A stretch of DNA of 64,000 nucleotides from Octopus sinensis (lineage: Eukaryota): positions 42,284,001 to 42,348,000 of the forward strand of contig NC_043012.1 of the NCBI RefSeq assembly GCF_006345805.1. The letters run 5' to 3'. A program made the position numbers and the translations under genes. Below the pieces are notes generated by a model. That model was not told where the DNA came from, searched no databases, and worked only from the letters and a program-made list of their open reading frames with translations. Of the stretch, positions 1 through 14,870 are shown piece after piece (the stretch's first letter is position 1; every line of letters begins with the position of its first letter).

Positions 1-380
1 GTCTTTGGCAAAAATGCTTAATGTGAATTTCTTCAGGCTCTTTCTGTTTGGAGTTCAAGTGCTGCAGAGATCAACTTTGCCTTTCATCTTTTTAAAGTTG
101 ATATAATACAATATATGAATGTAATTGACTTGTCCTCTCCCCTTAAAAGTGCTGGCGTTGTGCCAAAATTTCTAACCGTTAATTATAATTATGATTATCA
201 AGGTAGTGAGCTGACCAAATTGATAGCATGGTGGACAAAATCCTTAGCAGCATTTTGTTCAGTTCTTTACATTCCGAGGTTAGCTTTGCCTTTCAGATAT
301 TTGGGGCTGATAAAATAAGTATCAGTTGAACACTGGGGTTGACTTTCCCCTCTCCCATGATTTCAGGCCTTGTGCCTAAG
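1..380 (+). mobile_element. Two old, diverged SINE copies (another at ~620-770)
   Basis: The motif gttcaa...tcaactttgcctttcatc...gataaaataagta...gacttntcccctc... recurs at ~50-175, ~270-380 and ~650-765. Confidence 0.5.
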
Positions 381-1784
381 TATTATTATTATACCCCAGT
401 TCAGCCCCTGATCAAGCAGGCATATGATTAAAAGGCATTCCATCCTAACTCATTTTGTTCTTACAAGAATGGTAAACTCAGAAACAGTGTACCCAGGAAC
501 TCCATTATCCAAAGTACCCTTCTGTATTTATGACAGTAGAGTTTTGAGGGTGTGATTTTAAAGGATATTTGGCTGCTTTTCCAGCCAGTTTGGCAAACGC
601 ACAGTTGGATGCCTTATGGTATTTGTTCTGTCTGCTCTTTATATTTTGTGTTTGAATCCTACTGATATCAACTGTGCCTTTCATTCTTTTAGGGTCGGGG
701 TTGGTGTAATAAGCTACACTCTTCCAGCCCCAAAATCTGCTGGTTTTGTGCTTAAATTAGAAACAATTATTATCATGTCATAAGAGGTGGCTAGAATGTT
801 TGTCAATAGCAAGAGCAATAGCATCCATAAAACCCTAACTCAAAATAGAGAGCCATGATATGTACTAAAATACAGAAGTTTCTCATGGGCCTACAAAACT
901 AAGCCCTTCCTTAAAAAGGAAACTGCCTTAAAATGTTTGCTGTTGTTGTTATTGTATAATTATTATGAAATAATATGGTACTATCTTTATACTAAAAGTT
1001 TTCCAATCTCTAAATTTCCATTTCTGTGACTAGAATCATTTTAAACACTACTTACGGTCAGACATGGCCTGTAATAGAGAACTGCTCTAATTTAGATAGT
1101 AATGTAACTTCCTCTCCCAACACACACAATCATCCTTGGCCACACCCATCTAATTGACTCAATTATCAACAAACTACATCCCTTCACTATTATAGCTGTT
1201 TCTTCTTCCTGCTTCTGTTTTTGGATTGGTTAGGCTACATATCCTTTCCTCTACTGAAACCCACTTTCCAATGTTACGCTACCCAGGATCACTTGACCCC
1301 TCTCCAGTAAATCTTACTATTCTTACTCCAACGCCACAAGGTCTCTCTACTCAGGCCCACGTACCTCTCTTTATCACATTTCATTGTGTTTTCTTTTTCA
1401 AACTCCACACTAAGCCCTTTGTTCTCAAGACTGCAACTTTAACTGCTTCCCTTGTTCCTGTAAACCTTAATCTACATAACATTAACTCTGTCTATCTCCT
1501 TAGCCACCCAGGTATCACCACTATATACCTGTAAACACCTACACATCATTATCCAATGCAGGTGGTGGATTTGCTGTTAAAGAATTGAGCAAAAGATGGC
1601 TTTTGTGTTCTCATAAGATAATGACATTGGCATTAAGCTGTAACATCCCAAAGGTCTTAGCCTTCAATAACATCAGCAGCATGAAGCAAAGAGGCTTGCA
1701 TGTACTGGCAATTACCAGTCTTCCTCATTAAAAAGGCAAAAAAGATATGCACCAGCAACAGTGCTGCAGTAGTTTAGCAGACGA

Positions 1785-1794
1785 TCAGTTTAAT
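1785..1794 (-). CDS. BORCS8: Tentative terminal coding exon of BORCS8 (K-L-N-stop), followed by putative 3'UTR
   Basis: Acceptor ccttatctaccag, then ATTAAACTGA closes the phase-2 frame, giving a ~144 aa protein. Too short to confirm. Confidence 0.3.
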
Positions 1795-2224
1795 CTGGTA
1801 GATAAGGATAAAGGTAAAAGTCCTTCCTGACCCATACAGTCTCATGAGGCTGGTTTTCCAGAATCTCTGGTGTACATACTCCTCACTGGATAATGGTCCA
1901 TTGCAGGAATACTCAATTTTGCCAGCTGAGTGGAACAAAATGCATCACCCAGTTCAGGAATTGAAACCACAATCACACAATCATGAGTCCAACACCCTAA
2001 GCCATGTACCAACCAAAACATTCCGGTAACAGCAATCATGTTTATTTACCAGACATAGTGTATTAAGGACCACAATGTCTAATATTTCTTTTTGTAAGAC
2101 TGTAAGGATATAATTTGAGGACAATTTGATTGCTATTTCTACTAGGTTGCATGGTCACATCGTGGTCCCTTGTTGATTAATAGCAGTGTAAACACAACAA
2201 AAATATTTTTATTTTTATATGAAG

Positions 2225-2385
2225 TGCAGGCAAGGCTGTGTGATTCAGAACTTTGCTTCCCAAACATGTGGCTTGGGTTCAGTCAACTGCATGGCACCTT
2301 GCACAAGTGTCGTCTACAGGAGTCTTGAGTCAACCAAAGCCTTGTGAGCATATCTGGTAGATGGAAACTAAAAGAAGCCCATTGT
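2225..2385 (+). mobile_element. tRNA-derived SINE; related copies at ~5150-5285(-), 8175-8255(+), 27860-28012(-), 55085-55235(-)
   Basis: Shared body gggttcagtcc.actg..tggcacctt...caaccaaagccttgtgag...ggtagatggaaactgaaagaagccc followed by a (TG)n tail. Confidence 0.65.
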
Positions 2386-3642
2386 ATATACGTGTGTGTG
2401 TGTGCATATGTATGTTTGTTTATAGTTGTATTTCATGAATAATCACTGAGCTGCATGTGGTAATGTTGTTATCTCCTTTATCCACTGGCTCTACACTTTT
2501 GAAGTAGTAGAAGAGGTACTTTACTTGATAAAACAGACAAGAGTTAGTGAGAGAAAGGGTTCGTTTAACCCAAGCTAGCATGGAAAAACAGATGTCAAAA
2601 TGAATGAACAAATTAACTGAGTTCAAAGAATGGTCTGGTCTTTGATGAGACAACTGGAGAAACTACTTCATTGAATTAAACCCTATCCTCCACCCACACT
2701 CTTACTTCCTCTATCCCACCCAATTCTACTTACTTCATACCTTGAGGGACCACCTGAATACCTCATCACTACTTTTTATCTCTTTACAGCTCTTACTGAT
2801 CCTTGTCACCTTCTCCCTTAAATGTGAGAAGCCATGTTGCTTCTCTAGAAGACTCTGACCCCACCCCACCATTCATAGTTTAACCCTTCATCTCCTAGAA
2901 CAACGGCCACCACCTTGGTGTTGGCAGCCTTGCATGCCACATGGTAACCTCATTAGTCCTGGAATCCATTGGATCCCATCAAACCATCCATACCATGCCA
3001 ACACGGAACATGGGCATTAGCTAATAATGAAATGCAACACAAATACTAAAAGGTCTTCAGAGTGTCACCTAACAATACAAAAAGGTTGTGTAAAAAAAAT
3101 ATCCATTACCAATTAATTTTTACCAAGTAATCTTGTATTATCTGCTAAATTCTCTACCTTAATCACCCAAGGAAAACCTGGCTGTACATTATCCTAATCT
3201 CAACATGGTGTTGACAACAAAGGGGAGAGTAACCCTTACTCTAAGATGACCACACAGGTTGTAATGATGGAAGATTGGGGGTGGGTGGGTTTAAGAGTGA
3301 CTTTATTTCTTAAAAATTTGGAAAATTTATAAGTCTGTGGGTGGGACAGGGGGAGCAGAAGACAGAAATGGAACAGTACTTCCAAATTTGGAGAATTGAT
3401 GTGAGGAGGGAGGTGGGAGAAAACAGCAACAAAACAAGAACAAAAAAGGGCAAACAACAAAACAGAAAAAAATTACTGACTTATGAAATAATTATATCTT
3501 ATAACGAATGGAAATCCTCAGGAAATTTTTGGGTTCCTATGTAAGAATTTTGTGTTTCAGGAGGAAGTGAAGAGGATGGAACTATTAGATAGCAGGTCAA
3601 CAATTTATATCCTGTCAAAGGCATTGCATTATAACTATGACC

Positions 3643-3837
3643 CCAGTCCATCTAAATGTAAATAAGTAGAATAAGCTAGGAATAAATTGTTGAATCTGTG
3701 GCTAAAACACATTAACAGACAAATGGCACAGTCCACCTAGATGTAAATAGGTATTACAAGATAAGAGTTGTTGAATTTGTTGTCAAAACACTTTAACTGA
3801 CAAGTAGGGCAGTCCACTTAGCTGTAAATAGGTACCA
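3643..3837. repeat. Degenerate ~85 bp tandem repeat, about 2.5 copies
   Basis: cagtccac/tctagntgtaaata(a/g)gta recurs at ~3644, 3730 and 3810. Confidence 0.6.
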
Positions 3838-4192
3838 TAAATTCAAAGCAACTCTCCATAACATTGGTTTCAAACTGGAAAGCCTTCTATGATGGTGCTA
3901 CTTGGAGCTAATCAAAAAGAACAGCAATCAATTGACATGTAGATAGGTTGTGTACTGTAGTAAAAGCTCTACCTACTCACAGCACCTATTAAATGCTAGG
4001 TGGAATGCACTACATATAGTTCTGTGTATTGCTCCAAGGCTACATGATACCCCTGACTGCATACAAACTGCGGACTGTTCTAAAACTAGCCTAACACCCC
4101 TGATTGCCTACAAAGCTGTGTCAGCACTCAGTCATTCCAGCTAGCTGTGAAGCTTCATTACGTGTAAGAAACACAAAGAGAATACATCTTAC

Positions 4193-4300
4193 TTTCTAGA
4201 TTCTTCATATTCTATTTGCTGTTTCATGAACATGGCATTCTTCAGGAGATCTTGAATGTTCTGGAAATGGACATTACTGTTCTGCATAGCATTTACAGCA
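4193..4300 (-). CDS. BORCS8: BORCS8 homolog exon (AVNAMQNSNVHFQNIQDLLKNAMFMKQQIEYEESR)
   Basis: Acceptor tctctcttgtag, donor gtaaga, 108 bp, phase 2 continues the previous exon. Aligns with the C-terminal helix AVKNLVDSSVYFRSVEGLLKQA of vertebrate BORCS8 as recalled. Confidence 0.88.
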
Positions 4301-4998
4301 CTACAAGAGAGAGAAAAAGACAAAGAAAGACAACGAATGGGTTATAGACAAAGAATATATAACAAACATACTGTAAAGCAGTGAGCACTTCTGTGACCGA
4401 CTTACTAATGCAATTTCACTGCAACTGTTTGAACATTAGTGACTGGTGAGAGTTTATAAGCCTCAGCAGTTTTTCTTTTTTTTTATTGATTGTACATCTG
4501 AATAAAGGGGTCTCTTGTATTGTTGTTGTTTGATCTTTCAAGTTCAAAGCAACTCTGCTTTCTGAGATTCGCCAACACTACACCTGATTTCCTCCCCTCC
4601 ATACACACACAAGCATGTATCTGACTCATACATTGTTCGCTTTCCAAACATTTGTACATTACTGCATACACTTTATACGCACTTTTTGACAAGTTGTGGT
4701 GCACCTGAGCACTGTATACAATAATTTCATTATTATATTATAACATTGGTTCCAAACTGGAAGGCCTTCTATGATGGTGCTACTTGGAGCACTTTCAAGT
4801 TCAATTCTTCAGTTTGTCTATAAATTTATGTTTCATTACTGCTAGTTGTTAAAAGAGGAGTGCTGCTCTGAGATCACAGAGAAGGTGTCCACTGGGTGAG
4901 TGGAAGATGACAAGAGGAAAAGATAAGTGCATGTGGAGGAGGGGGGGTAGGAGTTCAATTAGAGAAACACAGTAAAGATAACAACATTGTTTACTTAC

Positions 4999-5063
4999 TT
5001 TTTAGCATACTCTGCATCAAAACAGGCACCTTGAACATTTTGATGGATTTCTTGGACTTCATG
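4999..5063 (-). CDS. BORCS8: BORCS8 homolog exon (HEVQEIHQNVQGACFDAEYAK)
   Basis: Acceptor cttctccag, donor gtaagt, 65 bp in the frame expected from the flanking exons. QGA..EYA motif matches BORCS8. Confidence 0.9.
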
Positions 5064-5563
5064 CTGGAGAAGAGACACTGAGAGAATTAAACAACACACA
5101 CACACACACAAATAAACATTCGCATACACATATATACATACTCATGTGATAGGATTCTTTCAGTTGTTATCAACCAAATCCATTCGTAATGTTTTAACTG
5201 GCTCAGGGATATAGTAGAAGACAATTGCCCAAGATGCCATGTAGTGGGACTGAACCTGGAACCAAGTGGTTGGAAAGTCACAGCTAACCTATTGTATAGT
5301 TGAAGCAAAATTAACAACTGGTTCTCCCTCATATCACACCCAACCACCCTAAAAGAAAGGGAAGAGCCAATAGCTAAAGTGGTCCTAGTCCTAACTACAA
5401 TATGAATGGGCACTTGCTACCAAACCAAGCACCAACCTGACCTCACCACCACCACCACCACCATTACTCACTATGCAGCAAGAATGCCTTTGCTTATAGA
5501 TTTCCTGGCTCAGGACTGAACTGAGACTAACCAACAAGACTTTCGGAAAAATCTCTGTCTTAC

Positions 5564-5676
5564 CTTTTGCTCTACCAGTTGTGGAAGAGACTTGCGGACA
5601 TGTTCTTGAATTCGGAAAAATGCTAGGGAAGGTTCATTTGTGATAATGTGAAGATTTTCAGAGAATCGTTCGCTCA
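5564..5676 (-). CDS. BORCS8: BORCS8 homolog exon (SERFSENLHIITNEPSLAFFRIQEHVRKSLPQLVEQK)
   Basis: Polypyrimidine acceptor, donor AAG|gtaaga, 113 bp. Contains the family signature NEPS-x-A-x-[FY]-R-x-QEHVR-x-SLP. Confidence 0.92.
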
Positions 5677-7978
5677 CTGTTCAAAAAGAGAAAAAGAAGA
5701 GAATTTTCATATAATGATACTAAACTAGAAATTGGTCCAGACTGCAGGAACTAAAAGTTATTTAGACTATCAAAATATTTTCATCAGTGATGCATTCAGA
5801 AATTATCCAGAAGTGCTCATGTAAATAAAGGTATCCCTAGAGAGCACCATACAATGGAGACAAGCACAGTCTGAACATGTAAAAACACTTTTTGCTTCAT
5901 TATCTTCATGTCAAAATAAATTAAATATCATTTGAATGTTCTGGATGTGAACTTTCATATACTTTTAATTAAAATCTAACAATTACAGATCATGTCAGGG
6001 TCCCTCAAACATCCAGATATTTCCATGCATTTACAAAGTTTGTCCTTTTTTTTACTACTGAACAGTAGCCCTTGTTCTAGTTCAATGCAGGGGAGCATTA
6101 TAACTTGAGTTGTGTTGAAGATCATACAAACATGAAGAGGAATATTTTGGCTTTATTTTTATATAAAAATCAATGGAGGTAGGTCTGACAATTGTTACAA
6201 AATTTAAAGTGAAAATTTTATCATTTTCACGTAGAAAACATATTTTCTTCAAGATTTTTATAACATGAGAAAAAAAAATTGTTGCAAATTCAATATGGTT
6301 AATGATAAATCTGGCCACAATATGGTGAAAAAGTTGAAAGTTAGTAAAGCGGGTAAATACTGACAATACTTGCCAAACTGACATATTCACACACACAAGT
6401 CCAAGGTTTCAAATATCAAGTTTCAGCTAGAATCTCAAGACATGGATTAACTAATTACTAAGATGTCCTAAATTGAGCCCAAACTTAGCATAGAAACATC
6501 ATATTGATAATGTCTGTTCCCTCTTGTTGTTTCAATGTGAGGAGAGCTGGTAAGGTGAGCCTCAAAGATATTCTTGTACATGTAAATTTTGTTTCTTTTT
6601 GAGAAATATTGGTCAAATTTCACCAATAAAAATTATATTGTGCAATGAATATCATTTTACAGACTATTAAAGTCAGAACCTCTGGGATTCTTTTCTGATT
6701 TTGAACACAGTCAGATGATGTGTGTTAGTGTTTACATTTTGGGTTTTATTTTTCTCTCTTTCTCTCTCCTACAAATGAATTTGCTGTAAGTTACAGATGT
6801 TTTCTCTTGATTAAAGCAAGGAGTTACTTTTTTACATGCAATTCTGGGATAAGTAATGTGTGGTCGTGGGATGTGCTAGAAACAACAGCTAAATCTCACT
6901 TAAACCACACATCATTTCATTTCAAAGTATTTTAAATTTTTGTTGTTGTTTTTGTTTTTACTGAAAAGGCTTCTGTCATTTTTAAGTGCATAGTGCAAAA
7001 AAGAAATTGGCCAAAATCGGTCTGGAGGGGAATCATAAATTTTCAAAACTTCTTTTCATTTCCAAGACCATGATCCAAGAAAAGAAAAATAGAGAAAATC
7101 CAACATATGTCAGAGTCCTGATTCAAAACTCTGTCACTTGTAAGAATTTTTGAAAGGCCATTAAAATTTTATCTAAATAATTTGTCACAAAATTTCAGGA
7201 TTTATTTAGTTCTATACTTACTATAAATGTGGCTTGTACTTTTGGATTTAACTGTTGACTGTTTGAGTCAGATAGCAAAATAGGCTTTACATAAATATTT
7301 TTAAAAATTGACAAAAAGTAGGCAACTGCTATGAAGATGATTATCACCTCCATTTCAAAGATATGACATCACAAATATGGCTAATTATTCATTTTGGACC
7401 AATTAGGCAAGATTTCAACCAATTTGCTGACCACTCAAATTGTCATATTTCCCAAAATATTCATCCAAATTTCACAAATGAGGTATCGAAATGCTTCTTT
7501 TTGGATGTTCTCCAAGAAAAAGTAGAAATTACATGAAAATATTTTTAAACATTTATTGTGATGCCCAGTAAATGTATCCCACACATGCTGTGTATATATC
7601 ACTAAAATAAATCCTGGGAACAATGTAATCAACGAAATACCACAAAGGGGTGCTCCAGCATGGTCGTATTCCATAACTGAAACTAGTAAATGCAAAAGAA
7701 CAAAAGGTAAAACTCAAAAACATAGGAATGCATGTAGTAAAATCAACAAAATGCCTTTTGTTTGTTTTGAGTCTTCAAATTCAGAGGTTTCTTGCTGGAA
7801 AACTAGTTAAGGATTAGCAACAAGAAGAGCATCCAGCTGTAAAACAATACTTCAATAATAGATGCATATAACCCAAGCTAGCATGGAAAAACAAACATAA
7901 AAGTCAATCAAATGACCACACACACACACAGAGGTTTGTGTGTGTAAATGTAGAATATAGACCTCTTAAAGCACTTAC

Positions 7979-8068
7979 CTTTACGTGCTTTGTGTTCAAG
8001 TTCAGGTTCAAGGTTCTCTCTGATAGACTGACTCCCTCCAGAGACACGCCTCAGTAAGCCGTCACTGC
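7979..8068 (-). CDS. BORCS8: BORCS8 homolog exon (SDGLLRRVSGGSQSIRENLEPELEHKARK)
   Basis: Acceptor ttcttatattcccag, donor AAG|gtaagt, 90 bp open frame. The end EPELEHKARK-V resembles the N-terminal EPEMQLKGKKV of vertebrate BORCS8 as I recall it. Confidence 0.8.
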
Positions 8069-8252
8069 CTGGGAATATAAGAAATTACAATATCAACAAC
8101 AACTAAGATGAGGTTGGTACCGACAGTGATGCTGGTAATGAATTTTATTTTGTTTTAATGGCATAGCCAGCAAGAAGGTGGCTTCCCCAATAGCCCAAGG
8201 CCAACCAAGACCTTGTAAGTGGGTTTGGTAGGTGGAAACTGAAAGAAGCCCA

Positions 8253-8286
<34 letters not shown>

Positions 8287-8291
8287 GAATA

Positions 8292-9420
8292 TCATCATCA
8301 TCGTTTAACGTCCATTTTCCATGCTAGCATGGGTTGGACAGTTCAACCGGGGTCTCAGAAGTCAGGAGGCTGCACCAGGCTCCAGTCTGATCTGGCAGTG
8401 TTTCTACAGCTGGATGCCCTTCCTAATGCCAACCACTCCATGAGTGTAGTGAGTGCTTTTTACGTGCCACCGGCACAGAAGCCAGTCAAGGCAGTGCTGG
8501 CATCGGCCATGTTCAGATGGTACTTTTTATGTGCCACCGGCACAGGTATCACAACAATTTCCATTTGATTTTTATTTTGATGTTGATGTAATTGACTCAA
8601 TAAGGTCTCCTCAAGCACAGCAGGTTGCCCTACGATCCAAGGTGAGCACAACAGGCCATCCTGTGATCCAAAGGTACTTTGGATGGGCTGCTATGTGAAG
8701 CTTGTGCAGGAAACAGCCATGAACTCAAATTATTTGTTGGGTCTTCGCAGTCACAGCATATCTCCAGAGATCTCAGTCTTTCATCATTGCCTCTGTAGTC
8801 ATGCTTGACCCATGTCTTCCTGGGTCTATCTCTACCCCAGATTCCTTCAACTGTTTGGGAGTGGCACTTCTTCACACATCTCTCCTCATCCATCTGTAGT
8901 ACATGACCATACAAGCACAAACGTCTCTCTTGCATGCCACATCCAATGCTTCTTATGTCCAACATTTCTCTCAGGGTGCTTATACTCTGTCGTGTGTGCA
9001 CACTGACATTACACATCCAGCGGATCATGCTAGCTTCATTTTTTTCAAGCCTACGCATGTCCTCCACAGTCACAGCCAATGTTTCACTACCGTGAAACAT
9101 GGCAGTTCACACACATGCGTCATACAATCTACCTTTCACTCTGAGTGAGAGGCCCTTATCACCAGTAGGTGTAGAAGCTTTCTAAACATTGCCCAGGCTA
9201 TTCGTATTCTAGTGGTGACACTCTCTGAGCACCCACCTTCACTCCTAACTTGGTCACCTAGGTAGCGGAAACTATCAACTTCTAGTTTCTCCCCCTAGAG
9301 TGTGATGGAATCTGTTTTCTGAGTATCTATGGTGTCTATTGCCTCTGTACATCTGCTGCACACGAAAGCTATCTTCTCGGCTAATTTTCCTTTGATGTTG
9401 CTGCACCTCTTATGCATCCA
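8292..9420 (-). mobile_element. 5'-truncated RTE-clade LINE (C-terminus of ORF + 3'UTR)
   Basis: ORF 8630-9100 (HGSETLAVT...RWMCNVS...ERRLCLYGHV...RPRKTW) is homologous to the 31.7-32.1 kb LINE. Ends in the same 3' terminus with a (GAT)n tail. Confidence 0.88.
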
Positions 9421-9446
9421 TATATATATATATATATATGAATATA

Positions 9447-9822
9447 TATCATCATCATCATCGTTTAACGTCCGTTTTCCATGCTAGCATGGGTTGGACT
9501 GTTCAACTGGGGTCTGGGAAGCCAGGAGGCTGCTCCAGGCTCCAGTCTGATCTGGCAGTGTTTCTACAGCTGGATGCCCTTCCTAACGCCAACCACTCTG
9601 AGAGTGTAGTGGGTGCTTTTTATGTGCCACCTGCACAGGTCCCAGACAAGGCTGGCAAACGGCCATGATCGGATGGTGCTTTTAACGTGCCACCGGCACG
9701 GGGGCCAGATGAGGCTGGCAACGGCCACAATCGAATGGTGCTTTTTACGTGCCACCGGCACAGAGGCCAGTTGTGGCGGCGATGGCAACGGCCACGTTCA
9801 GATGGTTCTCTTACGTGTCACC
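9447..9822 (-). mobile_element. RTE 3'-end fragment / LINE-derived SINE-like copy; others at 11075-11216(-), 22975-23284(+), 37552-37721(+), 42568-42750(-), 45480-45760(+), 46915-47020(+)
   Basis: Conserved ...ccaacccatgctagcatggaaa.cggacgttaaac(gat)n terminus, identical to the 3' end of the RTE LINE. Confidence 0.85.
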
Positions 9823-9884
9823 ATATATATATATATATCTCATATGTATATATATATATATATATCATATGTATAACCCTAACC

Positions 9885-10692
9885 CTAATCTAGAAACATG
9901 AGCGTTCTCAAATAATCTTTGTACAAGTGATATTTTGCTGTTTTCCCTATGGATCTATGTGAATTATTTTTGAGTAAACACTATCTGGGAGACTTTTCTT
10001 AAAGTAATAGAAATGGCTAAAAAAACTTTTTGGCTGCTATTTCTAAAAATTTCAGTATGTGGCAAAGTAAATTATTTTACTGAGCCCTAATATATAACGT
10101 AATATTTTGAATATGCGTTGAATGGTCCTTTTACATTACTTGGTGAAATTAATTAATAATTAATTGATTTTACCCTTAATTATTGATAATACAATTCCTT
10201 TCTTCCTGTTCTTTTACTGCGGTTCTCACCGTTATAATCTGTTTACTCTATAACTCACGTACTGTTTGAATTTGCTGGCACTGGCGGTTTGGAGATGTTT
10301 GTCTGAGGTGATTCATGTCGGACAGGTATGTTCAGTTTTTTAGTGCTTTCAAATCCAAATCAAGAAATGTTGAGTTTTAATTCGACTAATCTAGAAACGT
10401 GAGCATTCTCAAATCTTTGTACATGTGATATTTTGCTGTTTTCCCTCCATATCTATGTGAATTATTTTTGAGTAAACACTATCTGGGAGACTTTTCTTAA
10501 AGTAGTAGAAATGGCTAAAAAAACTTTTTGGCTGCTATTTCTAAAAATTTCAGTATGTGGCAAAGTAAATTATTTTACTGAGCCCTAATATATAACGTAA
10601 TATTTTGAATATGCCTTGAATGGTCCTTTTACATACTGAACACTACTTGGTGAAATTAATTATAATTAATTGATTTTACCCTTAATTATTGA

Positions 10693-10694
<2 letters not shown>
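9885..10694. repeat. ~500 bp-period tandem duplication (9885-10188 repeated at 10386-10694)
   Basis: Two ~300 bp near-identical blocks starting ctaatctagaaac and ending cccttaattattgata. Confidence 0.9.
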
Positions 10695-12939
<2,245 letters not shown>

Positions 12940-13340
12940 TCTCTTATTATAAAAGGCAGATTTTATCTGCCTCCCTTTGGGAGTTATACAAATCTACAAT
13001 ATAGGATTTCTTCAATTACAATTTACCTGGCATTTTTAAGAGTACAATGCATCGCGTCATGCCAGGTCCAGTTTTAAAATTTAAACTCCAATTAAGCAAA
13101 ATTTACAGAAAACTCACATTCTGGTGTGTGTGTCAAATGCTTTTCTTAGTCTGGTTTACACCACACGCAAACGCACACACACAGTGGGCAACGAATAAAG
13201 TGAAACTAGATGTAATACTTGTTTCTCTCTATCACGCTGATAGATACATGAGTAAAATGTATGGGAAGCTAACACATAAGTGTGAGTGAAAATGTTCTTG
13301 GAAGAGAGTAAATAGCCAGAGATAGTGATTTGAGGAAGAC
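12940..13340 (+). mobile_element. 3'-truncated non-autonomous Helitron (5' module only)
   Basis: Starts TCTCTTATTATAAAAGGCAG and matches 14871-15270 and 17132-17430. Confidence 0.7.
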
Positions 13341-13391
13341 TTTACATTAAATGGCTTGTGTTAGTAATAAAGTAAACATACACTCATACAT

Positions 13392-13431
<40 letters not shown>

Positions 13432-13789
13432 ACATACACACACACATACATACATACACACATACATACATACATACATATACATACATACATATACATA
13501 CATACATACACACACACATGCACACACACACAGTATTGAAGCTTGAGAACAATCAGATACATTTGCAACACATCTGTTGAAAATATTATTGTTCACACAC
13601 ATACATATACATATATACATACAGACAGACAGACAGATAGACACACACACACACATGATCCAGCATGGCCACAACCTCAAGGCTGAAACATATAAAAGAA
13701 TAACAGAATATAAATGTGTGCATGTGTGTGAGAGAGAGAGTGTGTGTGTATATGTATGTATGTATGTATGTATATATATATAATAATGC

Positions 13790-14210
13790 GGTTTTTTCAA
13801 CAGCTTGAACTAAAAGTCAGAGGGGAATGGGATAAACTACTTATATTAACTTGCTATAAAAGCAGGTAGTAATTTTATCTTGTCCTTATTCATAGTGCAA
13901 GTTTTGAAGAGTGCATTTCGATTTTAACAGCTATTTTTTTCAAAGCTATATTGGAACAGCCTAGAAGACGAGCCTCATCCTGAAAGATCTGTAGAACTCG
14001 ACAAGGACATCCTGAAAACCCTGGTGGAACAAAATCTCATCGTAACTGTTGAGGAACTAGCAGAGAAGCTTGGATTTGGTCATTCAACCATTCATTGAGA
14101 CCTGTGTGCTATCGGAAAAGTCAGCAAATTGGGTCAATGGGTTCCTCACGAACTTTCCGAGTCTAATTGCATGCAGAGAGTGAATATATGCTTTTCTTTG
14201 CTGTCACATC
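13790..14210 (+). mobile_element. Mariner transposase relic
   Basis: ~13960-14205 translates to LEDEPHPERSVELDKDILKTLVEQN...TVEELAEKLG...KLGQWVPHELS, with the WVPHEL motif and an in-frame stop. Confidence 0.85.
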
Positions 14211-14233
14211 TCACCACTACTGCGCTATGTATA

Positions 14234-14870
14234 TCTATATATATAAAACTGTAGTTGTGAGAGTGTCTGTCCCCTTCGATTTAGATTCCTAACTACTCCC
14301 ACATTTTGCGGTGCAGTTTAACCAAATTCGGGTAGCTTATAGTCGTGATTCATATCGAGCCCGTCTGAGTATTAGCGCGCGTCTACGATGAGTCTACGAT
14401 TATAAAAATAATTTAACATCATTTTTTATTCCACTTTAATGCATAATTTTTCGTGTGTCGATGGCGGCGGAGTTGGCGTCCACGCTCACACCTGCACCTG
14501 TGGGGAAGGGAGTGTAAGGAAATCAACGTCGTAATGCGTTGTCAAGGAGACCAGCGTTCTTTTAGAACAACGACTTCATGGCTTGAAGACACCAAAACAG
14601 AAATGGCTAAGAAAGCGTCTACATGAGTCTACGATTTAAAAAAGAATTTACCATCGTTTTTTTTCCATTTTAATGCATTTTTTCGCTATTATATAAGGGA
14701 AGTAACTCTCTAAAAATGTCTACGATGAGTCAACGATTTTTCAAAAAATTTACCATCATATTTTTTCCATTTTTAATGCATTTTTTGCTATTTTTTGGCT
14801 ATAACTCTCTAAAAATGCTTATATAGTTATTTCCCTTACAAACCCGAGCAACGCCGGGCGATACTGCTAG
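14234..14870 (+). mobile_element. Non-autonomous Helitron
   Basis: A|TC 5' end (TCTATATATATAAA). 3' end has a GC hairpin cccgagcaacgccggg followed by CTAG. No TSD. Confidence 0.8.
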
